IMG/VR virus record: IMGVR_UViG_3300032516_000016
Location: 3,632 to 67,631 of that record
Source: a virus
Direction: 5' to 3' (one strand)
Length of the DNA stretch: 64,000 nucleotides
A program made the translations under genes and the position numbers. Below, piece after piece: positions 9,004 to 18,424 of the stretch; position 1 is the stretch's first letter, and the number at the start of each line of letters is the position of its first letter. The notes under the pieces are model-generated. The model was not told where the DNA came from, did not search any database, and worked only from the letters and a program-made list of their open reading frames with translations.

Positions 9004-10029
9004 ATGTCTTTCGTAATGCCGCAACGGGCGAGGTACCCCCCAGAATCCGTCACGGAGGCCCAACGCACCATTGCCGTAGGAGTTGGCGATAGCCAACTCG
9101 CATCGTATCTGGTTGACCCGTTTTATGCTCAGGTTGAGCAGCTTCACTTCGATACGCTTACTGGTCCCGCTGACGTGATGATTGGTACTGATGGGTATGC
9201 CGAGAAGTTACGTATCCGCAATAACGCGATATTCCCGAATTGGAATCGCGAGTTTCCCGCGAAGATCGTTGCACAACGCAGCATCGAGATCCGGGCCAGG
9301 GCGCAGCTCGCTGCGATTGCGAACTTCTACAGCAGGTATAACATCACGGTCAGGCGACCCTACATTATTGACAAGATCATCATGGGTCTGGATCTCACGG
9401 CTGAAGAAGAGGATATTGCGGTGAACTTGCTCGGTGACAAGGCTAACCCGATTGACCTGTACGACAGGTTGAATATTGGTGTACTGCCGAACCAATCGTG
9501 CTTCAACTACATGAGCCTCCTGGGTGACGAGATCCTGGATACCTTTGATGACCAGATCTTCTCTGTCACGCGCACGATCGTGCCACTCGCTGCCTCCGAT
9601 AAGCCTCACGCTGCTCCCAACGTGGTTGGAAATTTCCTCAATCCGCCTTACCAGAAAGAGGTATGGGTGCTGCTCGGTGTCTGGATCGATTGGCCGCATT
9701 TGCCGGTCGCGAACGACTCGTACATCACTATTGACAGAGACGACGACTCGGACTATATGAAGCTTGATGTCACGGCTCTGCCTAGGAATCACCTTGTGCG
9801 GTGCTACGTTCCCTTCATAGAGGAGCTGCGGGTGTACCTGGAATCCGCCACCGGCTCGGCCACCGAAGACATAGGCGTAGGCTATGTTTACGGATGCCGC
9901 AACATGAGCATAATTGATCATGAGCTGTGGGATGTACCTTACAACTCGCAGGTTGAACGCAATGAGGCACTCAAGCTCGTTGAGCGGTATGGCATGAAGA
10001 ACATGATGAAGGCCGGTCTGGTGCTGTAA
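9004..10029 (+). CDS. putative virion structural protein (beta-rich)
   Basis: first gene of the plus-strand structural cluster; no recognised catalytic motif. Confidence 0.5.
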   Translation: MSFVMPQRARYPPESVTEAQRTIAVGVGDSQLASYLVDPFYAQVEQLHFDTLTGPADVMIGTDGYAEKLRIRNNAIFPNWNREFPAKIVAQRSIEIRARAQLAAIANFYSRYNITVRRPYIIDKIIMGLDLTAEEEDIAVNLLGDKANPIDLYDRLNIGVLPNQSCFNYMSLLGDEILDTFDDQIFSVTRTIVPLAASDKPHAAPNVVGNFLNPPYQKEVWVLLGVWIDWPHLPVANDSYITIDRDDDSDYMKLDVTALPRNHLVRCYVPFIEELRVYLESATGSATEDIGVGYVYGCRNMSIIDHELWDVPYNSQVERNEALKLVERYGMKNMMKAGLVL

Positions 10030-10031
10030 CT

Positions 10032-10484
10032 ATGGCTCTACCGCATCCAACTGCGAAGGAAGAGGCCAGCACCCCTCTTGTCGGCCATATTTTCTCTCGG
10101 TTTGATGTGATCCCTGCGTCTGGGGAAGTGTCATACTCGATCGCTAATGATAAGCGAGACGGGTTCGGTCGGCCTGGACGGACTGGGTATATCGTGAATG
10201 GGAGCATTGCGAATAATCTGTTCTTCCAAATCTCGTCGGATGGTGAGCAATTTTCCAACGAGATCACGTTGCCCGCGTTCGGTGCAGGGTTTCCGAATTT
10301 CGTTCGGATCATGTATGACGATGGTATCCTGATACACACGGTTCGATTCCGGGGCACCATCGGTCAGCCCTACGGGCTGGTCGTGGCACCTGGCCGGGAG
10401 CCGGAGGGGTTCATCCCGCAGTTCGCTCCGTCTCTTGGTGAAGCCGGGCCGCTTCGCAAGATGGGAAGGGGTAAAGTCAAGTGA
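10032..10484 (+). CDS. putative small beta-rich virion protein
   Basis: resembles next gene (D.R.GFG.P...I.N; DDG.LI; .LV..PG). Confidence 0.55.
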   Translation: MALPHPTAKEEASTPLVGHIFSRFDVIPASGEVSYSIANDKRDGFGRPGRTGYIVNGSIANNLFFQISSDGEQFSNEITLPAFGAGFPNFVRIMYDDGILIHTVRFRGTIGQPYGLVVAPGREPEGFIPQFAPSLGEAGPLRKMGRGKVK

Positions 10485-10912
10485 TCAAGAAGGTTGAATA
10501 CAGGCACAACCCGTTTGTGATCAACCGATATGCATTCAAGCTAGGTGGCCCTAACGACCTGTACCAGATCGATTTCATAGACGATCGCAAGCAGGGGTTT
10601 GGCGTGCCCGCCAAATCCCTTGTGATACAGAATATCGGAGGAGGGGTGGCAGGAGATTACCTTCACGTGCAGTATGCCGAGAAGAAGCAACACTTCAGCC
10701 CGGAAGTGTCCCTGTACGAAGGTGAGCGACTGATCATCAAGCCAGATGATGGCGTGCTGATAAGTTACGCCATCGTGTGGTCGGACAGCAGGGATCTCGC
10801 GTTCTCGCTCGTCGCGACTCCCGGCCTGTGGACCTGGAAGGAGCTGGTGGACTTGGGGTATATCAAGACCAGGGAAGTCACCGTCGATCCACTTAACGAG
10901 GTGGCATTTTAG
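10481..10912 (+). CDS. putative small beta-rich virion protein, paralog of 10032..10484
   Basis: DDRKQGFGVPA, DDGVLI, SLVATPG shared motifs. Confidence 0.55.
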   Translation: MIKKVEYRHNPFVINRYAFKLGGPNDLYQIDFIDDRKQGFGVPAKSLVIQNIGGGVAGDYLHVQYAEKKQHFSPEVSLYEGERLIIKPDDGVLISYAIVWSDSRDLAFSLVATPGLWTWKELVDLGYIKTREVTVDPLNEVAF

Positions 10913-11304
10913 TGGTCGAACTTGACTACTCGCCTGTGCGTCATCAAATTGATTCATTTGTGCAAAAGCCTACGGTGCTCACTACTCATGTAATCGCTGC
11001 ACCACTAGTTCACTCATTTACGTTGCCACTTGGTATCATACGTCATGTTCAAATAGTGTTTCCCATTGGATGCAATCGAAATGTTGTTATGCAAATATTT
11101 CATCACGGCAACCAATGGCTTCCTGGCAATTTGGCAAGCACATTTAGTGAGATGGGTCATAGTCATCCAATTGAATTGGACGTGTACCGAGATGTGTGGG
11201 AAGGTCAGACAGATTTTGAAATTCGTGCGTGGGGAAATGGTGCATGTTATTGCAATCATGCTATACATGTATATTTCACATGTGAATTATCCGAGGTGCT
11301 ATAA
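10912..11304 (+). CDS. putative virion surface protein, family A scaffold
   Basis: LPLGIIRHVQIVFPIGC...W.NG..NH motif shared with the next three genes. Confidence 0.6.
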   Translation: MVELDYSPVRHQIDSFVQKPTVLTTHVIAAPLVHSFTLPLGIIRHVQIVFPIGCNRNVVMQIFHHGNQWLPGNLASTFSEMGHSHPIELDVYRDVWEGQTDFEIRAWGNGACYCNHAIHVYFTCELSEVL

Positions 11305-11705
11305 TGGTACTCGATTTGCCGGATGGATATGTGCGTGGTAATAATGAAGTTGATAAGTATGCTAAGGTTCTTCAAGTACTTACTACTAATGTCGTCGGGT
11401 TAAAAGCTACTTCTACATTTGATCTACCAATTGGTATTCTTCGCCGGATTGAAATTTATTTTCCATATGGCTGCCTTTACCATTTGTTTGCTACTGTCCA
11501 TCAAGGCGCAACACTCGTTGTTCCTAATGCATTAAGTCCAGATATTTATGTAATTGGTAATGATAAATTATTTGTTTTTGATATGTTTAAGTATATCACT
11601 CCTGCAACGGTTTCATATACCATCAGTGGTTGGAATGATGGCACATGTAATTGGAATCATAATATAAATGTTAACATTTTGATTGAAAAAGTGGTGGTGC
11701 CGTAA
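11304..11705 (+). CDS. putative virion surface protein, family A scaffold (DLPD N-terminus)
   Basis: MVLDLPDGY; LPIGILRRIEIYFPYGC; GWNDG. Confidence 0.65.
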   Translation: MVLDLPDGYVRGNNEVDKYAKVLQVLTTNVVGLKATSTFDLPIGILRRIEIYFPYGCLYHLFATVHQGATLVVPNALSPDIYVIGNDKLFVFDMFKYITPATVSYTISGWNDGTCNWNHNINVNILIEKVVVP

Positions 11706-13000
11706 TGGTAAGTGACTTGCCAGATGGATATACACCGTTGAATAACCCAGTGGACAACTACGATTTCAACATTTCCGTTGCTCCCTCCGATGCCCTCGGC
11801 ATCAATTGGACTATTCGGGTGAGTGCCGCTGACAACTACTGGGCTTGCGTTTGCTACGGCAACGGCCTCTTCGTGGCCGTTTCGGTAACAGGCGTGGGTA
11901 ACAGGGTGATGACATCACCCGATGGCATCGTTTGGACAATACGGGTGAGCGCAGCCGATAATGATTGGTACAGCGTTTGCTATGGCAACGGCTTGTTCGT
12001 GGCAGTGGCGACGACCGGTGGTGCGAATCACGTGATGACCAGTGTGAATGGCATTGCTTGGACGTTGCAGGCTAGTGCAGCAGATATCGAGTGGCGGAGT
12101 GTCTGTTACGGAGGGGGGTTGTTTGTAGCTGTGGCACAGACCGGCGTAGGAAACCGTGTGATGACATCACCGGATGGGATCATCTGGACCATAGGTGTCA
12201 GCGCTGCTAACAACAATTGGGTCAGTGTCTGCTATGGGAACGGGATGTTCGTTGCAGTAGCGACGTCTGGTGCAGGCAACCGGGTTATGACCAGCACTAA
12301 CGGCTTGGCGTGGGTCATTCGTACCAGTGCCGCAAATAATGCCTGGCGCAGTGTCTGCTATGGCAATTGCCTGTTCGTCGCTGTCTCGACCACGGGAACT
12401 GCGCTTGTCGCAGATCGTGTGATGACATCTCCGGACGGCGTGTTGTGGACATTGCGTCTATGTGCTTCAACTAATCAATGGATAAGTGTCTGCTACGCCA
12501 ATGGCCTCTTCGTGGCTGTTGCGGGATCGGGTGTTGGCAATCGGGTGATGACATCTCCAGATGGTATCACGTGGACAACACGTGTCAACCCAGTTGATAA
12601 TGATTGGTATTTTGTCTGTTACGGCAATGGCGTGTTCGTGTCCGTTGCCAGCAATGGTGCTGGCAACAGGGCTATGTCTTCGAATATCAAGGTGCTTGCG
12701 ATCACCTTGCCAATTGGCATACTCAGACGGGTGATGATAGACTTCCCGGATGGATGCAACAACCGGATAAGGGTAAACGTGCTACATGGTGCTGTGCAGA
12801 TCATTCCGATTGATGTTGGTGGCGTGGGCACGTCGTATCACAGCTTTAACGATTTCATGCTCGACTTTAACACGTTCCGTGTCATCGGGCCAAGTGGCAC
12901 AGCGTTCACCCTCAACGGGTGGAATGACGGAGAAGCAGGAATCGATTGGTCACATGTGATATCGTTCACGTTCATGATTGAGAGGGTGTCAGTTCCGTGA
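11705..13000 (+). CDS. putative receptor-binding protein: 7-bladed beta-propeller inserted in the family A scaffold
   Basis: 7 x ~42-aa repeats W.SVCYGNGLFVAV...TSPDG..W (BNR/Asp-box-like), flanked by the two scaffold halves. Confidence 0.75.
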   Translation: MVSDLPDGYTPLNNPVDNYDFNISVAPSDALGINWTIRVSAADNYWACVCYGNGLFVAVSVTGVGNRVMTSPDGIVWTIRVSAADNDWYSVCYGNGLFVAVATTGGANHVMTSVNGIAWTLQASAADIEWRSVCYGGGLFVAVAQTGVGNRVMTSPDGIIWTIGVSAANNNWVSVCYGNGMFVAVATSGAGNRVMTSTNGLAWVIRTSAANNAWRSVCYGNCLFVAVSTTGTALVADRVMTSPDGVLWTLRLCASTNQWISVCYANGLFVAVAGSGVGNRVMTSPDGITWTTRVNPVDNDWYFVCYGNGVFVSVASNGAGNRAMSSNIKVLAITLPIGILRRVMIDFPDGCNNRIRVNVLHGAVQIIPIDVGGVGTSYHSFNDFMLDFNTFRVIGPSGTAFTLNGWNDGEAGIDWSHVISFTFMIERVSVP

Positions 13001-13006
13001 GGTTTT

Positions 13007-14317
13007 ATGGTCCGAGATCTTCCTGACAATTATAAGCAGGGTAACAATCTGCTCGATGTGTACCACCAGTCAGTTCCTGTAGCCGTAGCCAACAGTCCAG
13101 GCATCGCCTGGACTATTCGGGTGAGTGCGGCTGATAACAATTGGTACAGCGTTTGCTACGGTAACGGCCTCTTCGTGGCCGTGGCCAATACTGGCGTCGG
13201 AAACCGCGTGATGACCAGTCCTGACGGAATTGTGTGGACCATTCGGGTGAGTGCGGCTGATAATGATTGGCACCGTGTTTGCTACGGTAACGGCCTCTTC
13301 GTGGCCGTTGCTTACTCGGGCGTCGGAAACCGGGTGATGACCAGTCCTGACGGAATTGTGTGGACTCTTCGGGTGAGTGCAGCTGATAACAGTTGGCTCG
13401 GCGTATGCTACGGTAACGGCCTCTTTGTGGCCGTTGCCATTACTGGTGTCGGAAACCGCGTGATGACCAGTCCTGACGGAATTGTGTGGACTATTCGTGT
13501 GAGTGCGGCTGATAACAGTTGGTACAGCGTTTGCTACGGCAATGGCCTCTTCGTGGCCGTTGCTTACACGGGCGTCGGAAACCGGGTGATGACCAGTCCT
13601 GACGGAATTGTGTGGACTCTTCGGGTGAGTGCGGCTGATAACAATTGGCGGAGTGTTTGCTACGGTAACGGCCTCTTCGTGGCCGTGGCCAATACTGGCG
13701 TCGGAAACCGCGTGATGACCAGTCCTGACGGAATTGTGTGGACTCTTCGGGTGAGTGCGGCTGATAACAGTTGGCAGAGTGTTTGCTACGGTAACGGCCT
13801 CTTCGTGGCCGTTGCTTACTCGGGCGTCGGAAACCGCGTGATGACCAGTCCTGACGGAATTGTGTGGACTATTCGTGTGAGTGCGGCTGATAATGATTGG
13901 TTGGGTGTTTGCTACGGCAATGGCCTCTTCGTGGCCGTTGCTTACTCGGGCGTCGGAAACCGCGTGATGACCTCTAATTGCAAGAGTGTTACATTCACTC
14001 TACCAGTTGGCATCCTCCGGCATATCCTGGTATTCTTCCCTTCTGGTTGTCATGCGCAGGTGCAAGCATGTATCTACCATGGTGTGAACCAGATCTTACC
14101 GGTTGATTCGTTTCTCAATGGATCGAATACGAATTACTTAATGGGCGACGATCGATGGTGGGATGTTAAAGGGTTGTTCGAAGTGGTTAAGACTGGGAGC
14201 ACGACATTTACGATACATGCTTGGAACATTAACTACGCGAATGTGCTCGCGTGGATGACATATTATCAACATGTTATTGAGGTCTACTTCATGGTCGAGC
14301 GGGTGGTGGTTGTATGA
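13007..14317 (+). CDS. putative receptor-binding protein: 7 near-identical propeller blades inserted in the family A scaffold
   Basis: 7 x 42-aa repeats; same architecture as the upstream paralog. Confidence 0.75.
   Translation: MVRDLPDNYKQGNNLLDVYHQSVPVAVANSPGIAWTIRVSAADNNWYSVCYGNGLFVAVANTGVGNRVMTSPDGIVWTIRVSAADNDWHRVCYGNGLFVAVAYSGVGNRVMTSPDGIVWTLRVSAADNSWLGVCYGNGLFVAVAITGVGNRVMTSPDGIVWTIRVSAADNSWYSVCYGNGLFVAVAYTGVGNRVMTSPDGIVWTLRVSAADNNWRSVCYGNGLFVAVANTGVGNRVMTSPDGIVWTLRVSAADNSWQSVCYGNGLFVAVAYSGVGNRVMTSPDGIVWTIRVSAADNDWLGVCYGNGLFVAVAYSGVGNRVMTSNCKSVTFTLPVGILRHILVFFPSGCHAQVQACIYHGVNQILPVDSFLNGSNTNYLMGDDRWWDVKGLFEVVKTGSTTFTIHAWNINYANVLAWMTYYQHVIEVYFMVERVVVV
13109..13977 (+). repeat. 126-bp coding tandem repeat, about 6.9 copies
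   Basis: unit tggactattcgggtgagtgcggctgataac...gtgatgaccagtcctgacggaattgtg repeated almost identically. Confidence 0.95.
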
Positions 14318-14753
14318 GTGACCTACCGGATTTTATCAAGGCACCTCACCGGGCTTCGGTATGGCTCGAACCGGTCAGGTGCTAACAAGGGTGTATTATG
14401 ATGCGGATATCGCCACAGGTGTCACGCAGGTTAACACCACGGTTGTTAACCTGCTAGGCTACCTGTTCACGATTGATACGGTTCACCTGATGTCCAGGCG
14501 CATAGCCACGGCGTGGTTGAACAATGCACCATGGCGGTACATGATTGAGATCAACACTGTGTTCCCCCCCGCAGCGGCGGTGTGGAACACGTATTGGGCC
14601 GGCTATGTCGAAGGGTCGAAAACCCTTCGCCTGTCACACGTGACAGGCGCAGGGATACCTGATGTTTACTCGTTCAGGGAGACTATTATCAACGATACGT
14701 GGCAGACCAGGAATTTCAGGTCGATGCTGTACTACCTCTACAACGAGCGGTGA
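14314..14753 (+). CDS. family B virion protein interrupted by a -1 frameshift (candidate programmed frameshift)
   Basis: ATG 14314 gives MSDLPDF; a -1 shift at G_GAT_TTT continues YQGTSPGFGMARTGQV, matching paralogs at 14756 and 15441. Confidence 0.7.
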
Positions 14754-14755
14754 CG

Positions 14756-15448
14756 ATGAGCGATTTGCCCGACTTCTACCACGGAGTTTCCCCGGGGTAC
14801 CCTGTTAGCCGAAGTGGAATGCATCTTGAGCAGGTGTCATGGGCAGGAAATATCGCAGCCAGCTCGTACCAGTGCTTCACCTGGTTCCCGTTCGTGGCGT
14901 ACCGGATCACGACGACAGGAGCCACAACTGTCACCATAGGTGACGGTTTTGGGCCGTACTTTGTTGGCGCGTGCGCCGGGGCCGGGGTGTGGAACTTTGC
15001 GTTCACGCAGCCCAGGACTGGGTACCTGCGCTTGTCGTGGCTGGACTTTGCAGCCACGGTCGCAGGCACGTACCTCAAGGTCGAAGCGCTTCGGCGCAAT
15101 GGCACTACGTTTACAGTTATCTACGAAGGATTTGGGGGCGTGGGCTTTGGTATGGCAGGAGTGTACTACGCTGATGCCATGGGTATGGATTGGGGGCCGG
15201 ATAGTGTGCTCGTTCGCACTGATGCGCGTGGGCCTCAGAGGTATGAGACGTTCTTCGGCCTCGCGGGTCTCGTGTCGTACTACTCGAGTTTCCGGTATGA
15301 GTTGGAACGTGACCATTCGTTCGCGTTCAACACGAGTATAGGGTGTCCGAACTATGGGTTCAACGAGTGGATATATAACGATAACTGGAAGGCCAGGGCG
15401 TTTTCGCGCGTTTTCCGCTACACCTGGGATGAGGTGATGAATGTCTGA
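14756..15448 (+). CDS. family B virion protein with an inserted domain of roughly 90 aa
   Basis: MSDLPDFYHGVSPG; DSV...TDARGPQRY; YNDNW. Confidence 0.65.
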   Translation: MSDLPDFYHGVSPGYPVSRSGMHLEQVSWAGNIAASSYQCFTWFPFVAYRITTTGATTVTIGDGFGPYFVGACAGAGVWNFAFTQPRTGYLRLSWLDFAATVAGTYLKVEALRRNGTTFTVIYEGFGGVGFGMAGVYYADAMGMDWGPDSVLVRTDARGPQRYETFFGLAGLVSYYSSFRYELERDHSFAFNTSIGCPNYGFNEWIYNDNWKARAFSRVFRYTWDEVMNV

Positions 15449-15872
15449 TCTTTCGGATTTTCTGGGTGGCACCTCCCCAGGGTTTGGCAGGTTGAGGCAA
15501 GGGCAAGTTGTGACCATAAATGGTCAAATTGACCCTGTTTTCGGCTGGTCAGGGATCATCGCGCCTGGTGCTTCTGCGACTAACACTTTTCCGGTTGCTG
15601 CCGGGGTGCTTTTTCAGATCGATTCCGTCCAGCTCTGGACCGATGCAAAGGGGCCGCAGAGGTACGCGATCGAGGTCGAGTTCCTGGCTGCGCCAGGAAC
15701 GTGGCTGGTTTACTACTACGGGATCTACGAGTCCGACGCGGTAGTTCGCATCCAGCATGTCATGGGTTCATGGCTTGCCGGGGTGTCGCAGTGGCGAGAG
15801 ATTGTTTACAATGATAACTATGTTGACCGAAACTTTATATGTATTCGGACTGTAGTAACTAATGAGGCTTGA
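15441..15872 (+). CDS. family B virion protein
   Basis: MSDLSDFLGGTSPG; IDSV.L.TDAKGPQRY; YNDNY. Confidence 0.65.
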   Translation: MSDLSDFLGGTSPGFGRLRQGQVVTINGQIDPVFGWSGIIAPGASATNTFPVAAGVLFQIDSVQLWTDAKGPQRYAIEVEFLAAPGTWLVYYYGIYESDAVVRIQHVMGSWLAGVSQWREIVYNDNYVDRNFICIRTVVTNEA

Positions 15873-16093
15873 AGATGAAGAAGATGGTCAGGATTTCGGA
15901 CACGTCGGGTAAGGAATTGCCCGATGGGAGCGGGTATTTGAACATCACGATCGAGCGCAAAGGATATATGCTCGTGCGGGATGAGGGGAAGAATTTCATC
16001 GGCGGGCCTGTGGTGTTTCACATTGAGGCGGGTGATGAGGATAAGCTTGTGAAGTCACTGGTTTGGCAACAGATGGAGTCGATGCCTAGATGA
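15869..16093 (+). CDS. hypothetical protein
   Basis: coupled ORF in operon. Confidence 0.5.
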   Translation: MKMKKMVRISDTSGKELPDGSGYLNITIERKGYMLVRDEGKNFIGGPVVFHIEAGDEDKLVKSLVWQQMESMPR

Positions 16094-16512
16094 CGCAAGA
16101 ATTCTTGCGTCGAGTTGATGGATATAATTTCCCGTTTATTTGTTCTGTGAGTGCAAATGTTGCTAGAAATGCGTCATTAGTTAATAATGCACCTGCTGGT
16201 CCTGGTCGGATTGAGTCATTCACTATTGTAGTTGTGGATGTTGGTGATGCTACTACAAATAATAATAATTTGATCATTACTATTGATGGTGTTGTGGTGT
16301 TTGCGGGTGGTATTGGAGGGGTGGTACCTAAATATAGTAAACCCTATTGGTTTGGACCATTTACAGCAGGAAGAATTGGTACTGCTGATACAGCATTTGA
16401 AATATTGCTTAATCTGGATTATGAGTCATCAGCATCAGTTGCAATTCAGAATACCACATCTCCTGATCCATGTATATTTTATAGTACTATATTTGGTCGC
16501 CGGGGGTTGTAG
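16090..16512 (+). CDS. beta-rich hypothetical (putative virion) protein, AT-rich
   Basis: ATGA-coupled ORF. Confidence 0.55.
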   Translation: MTQEFLRRVDGYNFPFICSVSANVARNASLVNNAPAGPGRIESFTIVVVDVGDATTNNNNLIITIDGVVVFAGGIGGVVPKYSKPYWFGPFTAGRIGTADTAFEILLNLDYESSASVAIQNTTSPDPCIFYSTIFGRRGL

Positions 16513-16935
16513 ATGTCTACGATACGTGATGAGACACGAGATATGAGTGATCGGGACTTGTTGCTTTCGTTATATTCTTCTCAGCGGGAGGCTGAGGCCA
16601 AGTTTGATGAATTGTTTCGGCGAATGCTTGCTATTGAGGAGTTGGGGGCGGCGTTTGTGGAATTCAAGCATGATGCGCCAATGCTTGCTGCATTGGTGCA
16701 TAAGGAGATGCAGGATGAGATACGGGTCAGTGATGACCAGGTGTTTGAAGAGATTAAGAAGATTAATGATAGGCTTGCGATTTTCGACCTATCCGTGTGC
16801 TCAGTCCGGTGGTTGTGGGATAATAAGAAAATGGTAACCACGGTTATGATGTTCGTCTCTCTGTGGTTCTATGGTGTTGACGTGATTGCCCGATGGTCTC
16901 AGTGGACATTCTTTCCACCGGGGGTGGGGCCTTAG
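16513..16935 (+). CDS. coiled-coil protein with C-terminal hydrophobic helix (membrane/holin-like)
   Basis: MVTTVMMFVSLWFYGVDVI; last gene of the operon. Confidence 0.5.
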   Translation: MSTIRDETRDMSDRDLLLSLYSSQREAEAKFDELFRRMLAIEELGAAFVEFKHDAPMLAALVHKEMQDEIRVSDDQVFEEIKKINDRLAIFDLSVCSVRWLWDNKKMVTTVMMFVSLWFYGVDVIARWSQWTFFPPGVGP

Positions 16936-18296
16936 AGGATCACCAACTCCTCCTCGGGGAACATCTCCTTGATGATCTCCATGCGTCTCTGGCTATGGTC
17001 TCTGTGCCATCTGTGGCCGTAGTCGAGGAAATCGATGACAAGTGCTTCGCACTTGTCGTTGGATGCCGTCAAAACTCTTCCTAGCCTCTGCACGTAACTT
17101 GTCCAGCTCTGACCTCCCGCCGCGTTGATGATTACGTCCATGGTAGGGATGTCGACACCCTCGGAAAGTAGCGTCGATATGCAAATTTGTATTTTACCCG
17201 ATTTGAAATCCGCAAGCACGTGTTCACGTTTCGCAGATGTATCCTTTCCACATACGAAAACTGATCCGCTGATCAGTTTTGCTAGTTGCTTGCCATGTGA
17301 GATTCGGGTGACGTGGATGTAAATTTGTTTTCCTTCGGTTCGATATCCGTCTGCCACAAATGCTATCATCTGGTTCCGATCTTCATTTTGTACGATGCCT
17401 TTTGAGTATGCCTTTTCCCATTGTTCATAACCAGTGCCTTGTGTCACCTGGCATTTGAAGAATTTGAATATTGGTTTCACCAATATTCCACGGGTTATCA
17501 GTTCACGGATGCTGACGGGGTGTATGATTTGCCCTAGGGCACCAATGAATTTCTTGTCATCCCCGTCCTCTCGTCGAGGCGTCGCCGAGAGACCTAGGCG
17601 GTAGTGACTGTTGAGTTTCATCGCCACGGAGTTGAACATTTTTGAGCTGTAGTGATGGACTTCGTCCACCACCAAGAAGTCAAAGTTGAATTTCTCTCCT
17701 TTCTTGATCGCGTTGCTCAAGGTTTGGATCATTCCCACTGTGACATCTTTGATGTTACGTTCGGATTCCTTGATCCTTCCTGGTGTCACGCCGAGCTTTC
17801 TCCGGATCTCTTCTTCCCATTGCTTCATTAGCTCTTCGTTATGTACAACGATCAACGTCTTCACTCGAAGCTCGCTCGCGAGCTTCAGGGCTACGAAGGT
17901 TTTGCCACCACGTGTCGGTATGTGCAGGATGGTGCCCATGCCCTGGCGAAATGTTTGTAACACCTCCGTCACGGCGCGTCTCTGGTGCTCCCATGGCTCG
18001 GGTCCGAGCCATTTTAGGGGTACGGTTGGTGCTGGTGCTCGCTGGCCTGGGACATAGATGACCTCGTAACCAAGGTCATCAAGGATCTCAAGGGCTTCAG
18101 AAGTGAGTCCAACTGGGAAAAAGTAACTGCCGGATTTCTCATGAAGTTTGAATAGGTTTATGGTGTAAGGCGGGTTATTGTAACTTTCCATGGTGTAGCT
18201 CATCGTCTTATCCAATGAAGCTATCGCCACCGGCGATAGCTTGGTGTTGATCCAACAAAATGGCAAATTCCTAGATCCTTGTAATATCACTTTCAT
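16932..18296 (-). CDS. superfamily 2 DNA helicase (UvsW/XPB-like)
   Basis: PTRGGKT, VDEVHH, LSATP, EGVDIP, QRLGRVL. Confidence 0.93.
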   Translation of the reverse strand: MKVILQGSRNLPFCWINTKLSPVAIASLDKTMSYTMESYNNPPYTINLFKLHEKSGSYFFPVGLTSEALEILDDLGYEVIYVPGQRAPAPTVPLKWLGPEPWEHQRRAVTEVLQTFRQGMGTILHIPTRGGKTFVALKLASELRVKTLIVVHNEELMKQWEEEIRRKLGVTPGRIKESERNIKDVTVGMIQTLSNAIKKGEKFNFDFLVVDEVHHYSSKMFNSVAMKLNSHYRLGLSATPRREDGDDKKFIGALGQIIHPVSIRELITRGILVKPIFKFFKCQVTQGTGYEQWEKAYSKGIVQNEDRNQMIAFVADGYRTEGKQIYIHVTRISHGKQLAKLISGSVFVCGKDTSAKREHVLADFKSGKIQICISTLLSEGVDIPTMDVIINAAGGQSWTSYVQRLGRVLTASNDKCEALVIDFLDYGHRWHRDHSQRRMEIIKEMFPEEELVIL

Positions 18297-18314
18297 GTTC
18301 CCTCCAAATACTTA

Positions 18315-18342
18315 AGCGCGTCTCGCCGCAGCGAGACGCGCT
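18315..18342 (-). terminator. 12-bp stem hairpin with C(UGCG)G loop
   Basis: agcgcgtctcgc-cgca-gcgagacgcgct; a second hairpin lies at 18375-18399. Confidence 0.55.
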
Positions 18343-18424
18343 AGAGACGCGCTAGGTCAATGCCTCGATCAATTCGAGTTGCAATGCGATTGCAACTCGT
18401 GCTGATCGTTGTTCACATGAGTCA

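Noticed and set aside
11807-13977. Diversity-generating retroelement or CRISPR array as the explanation for the 126-bp repeats
   Set aside because: The repeats are in-frame coding units without spacers, differences are not restricted to adenines, and no reverse transcriptase or cas genes are in the window
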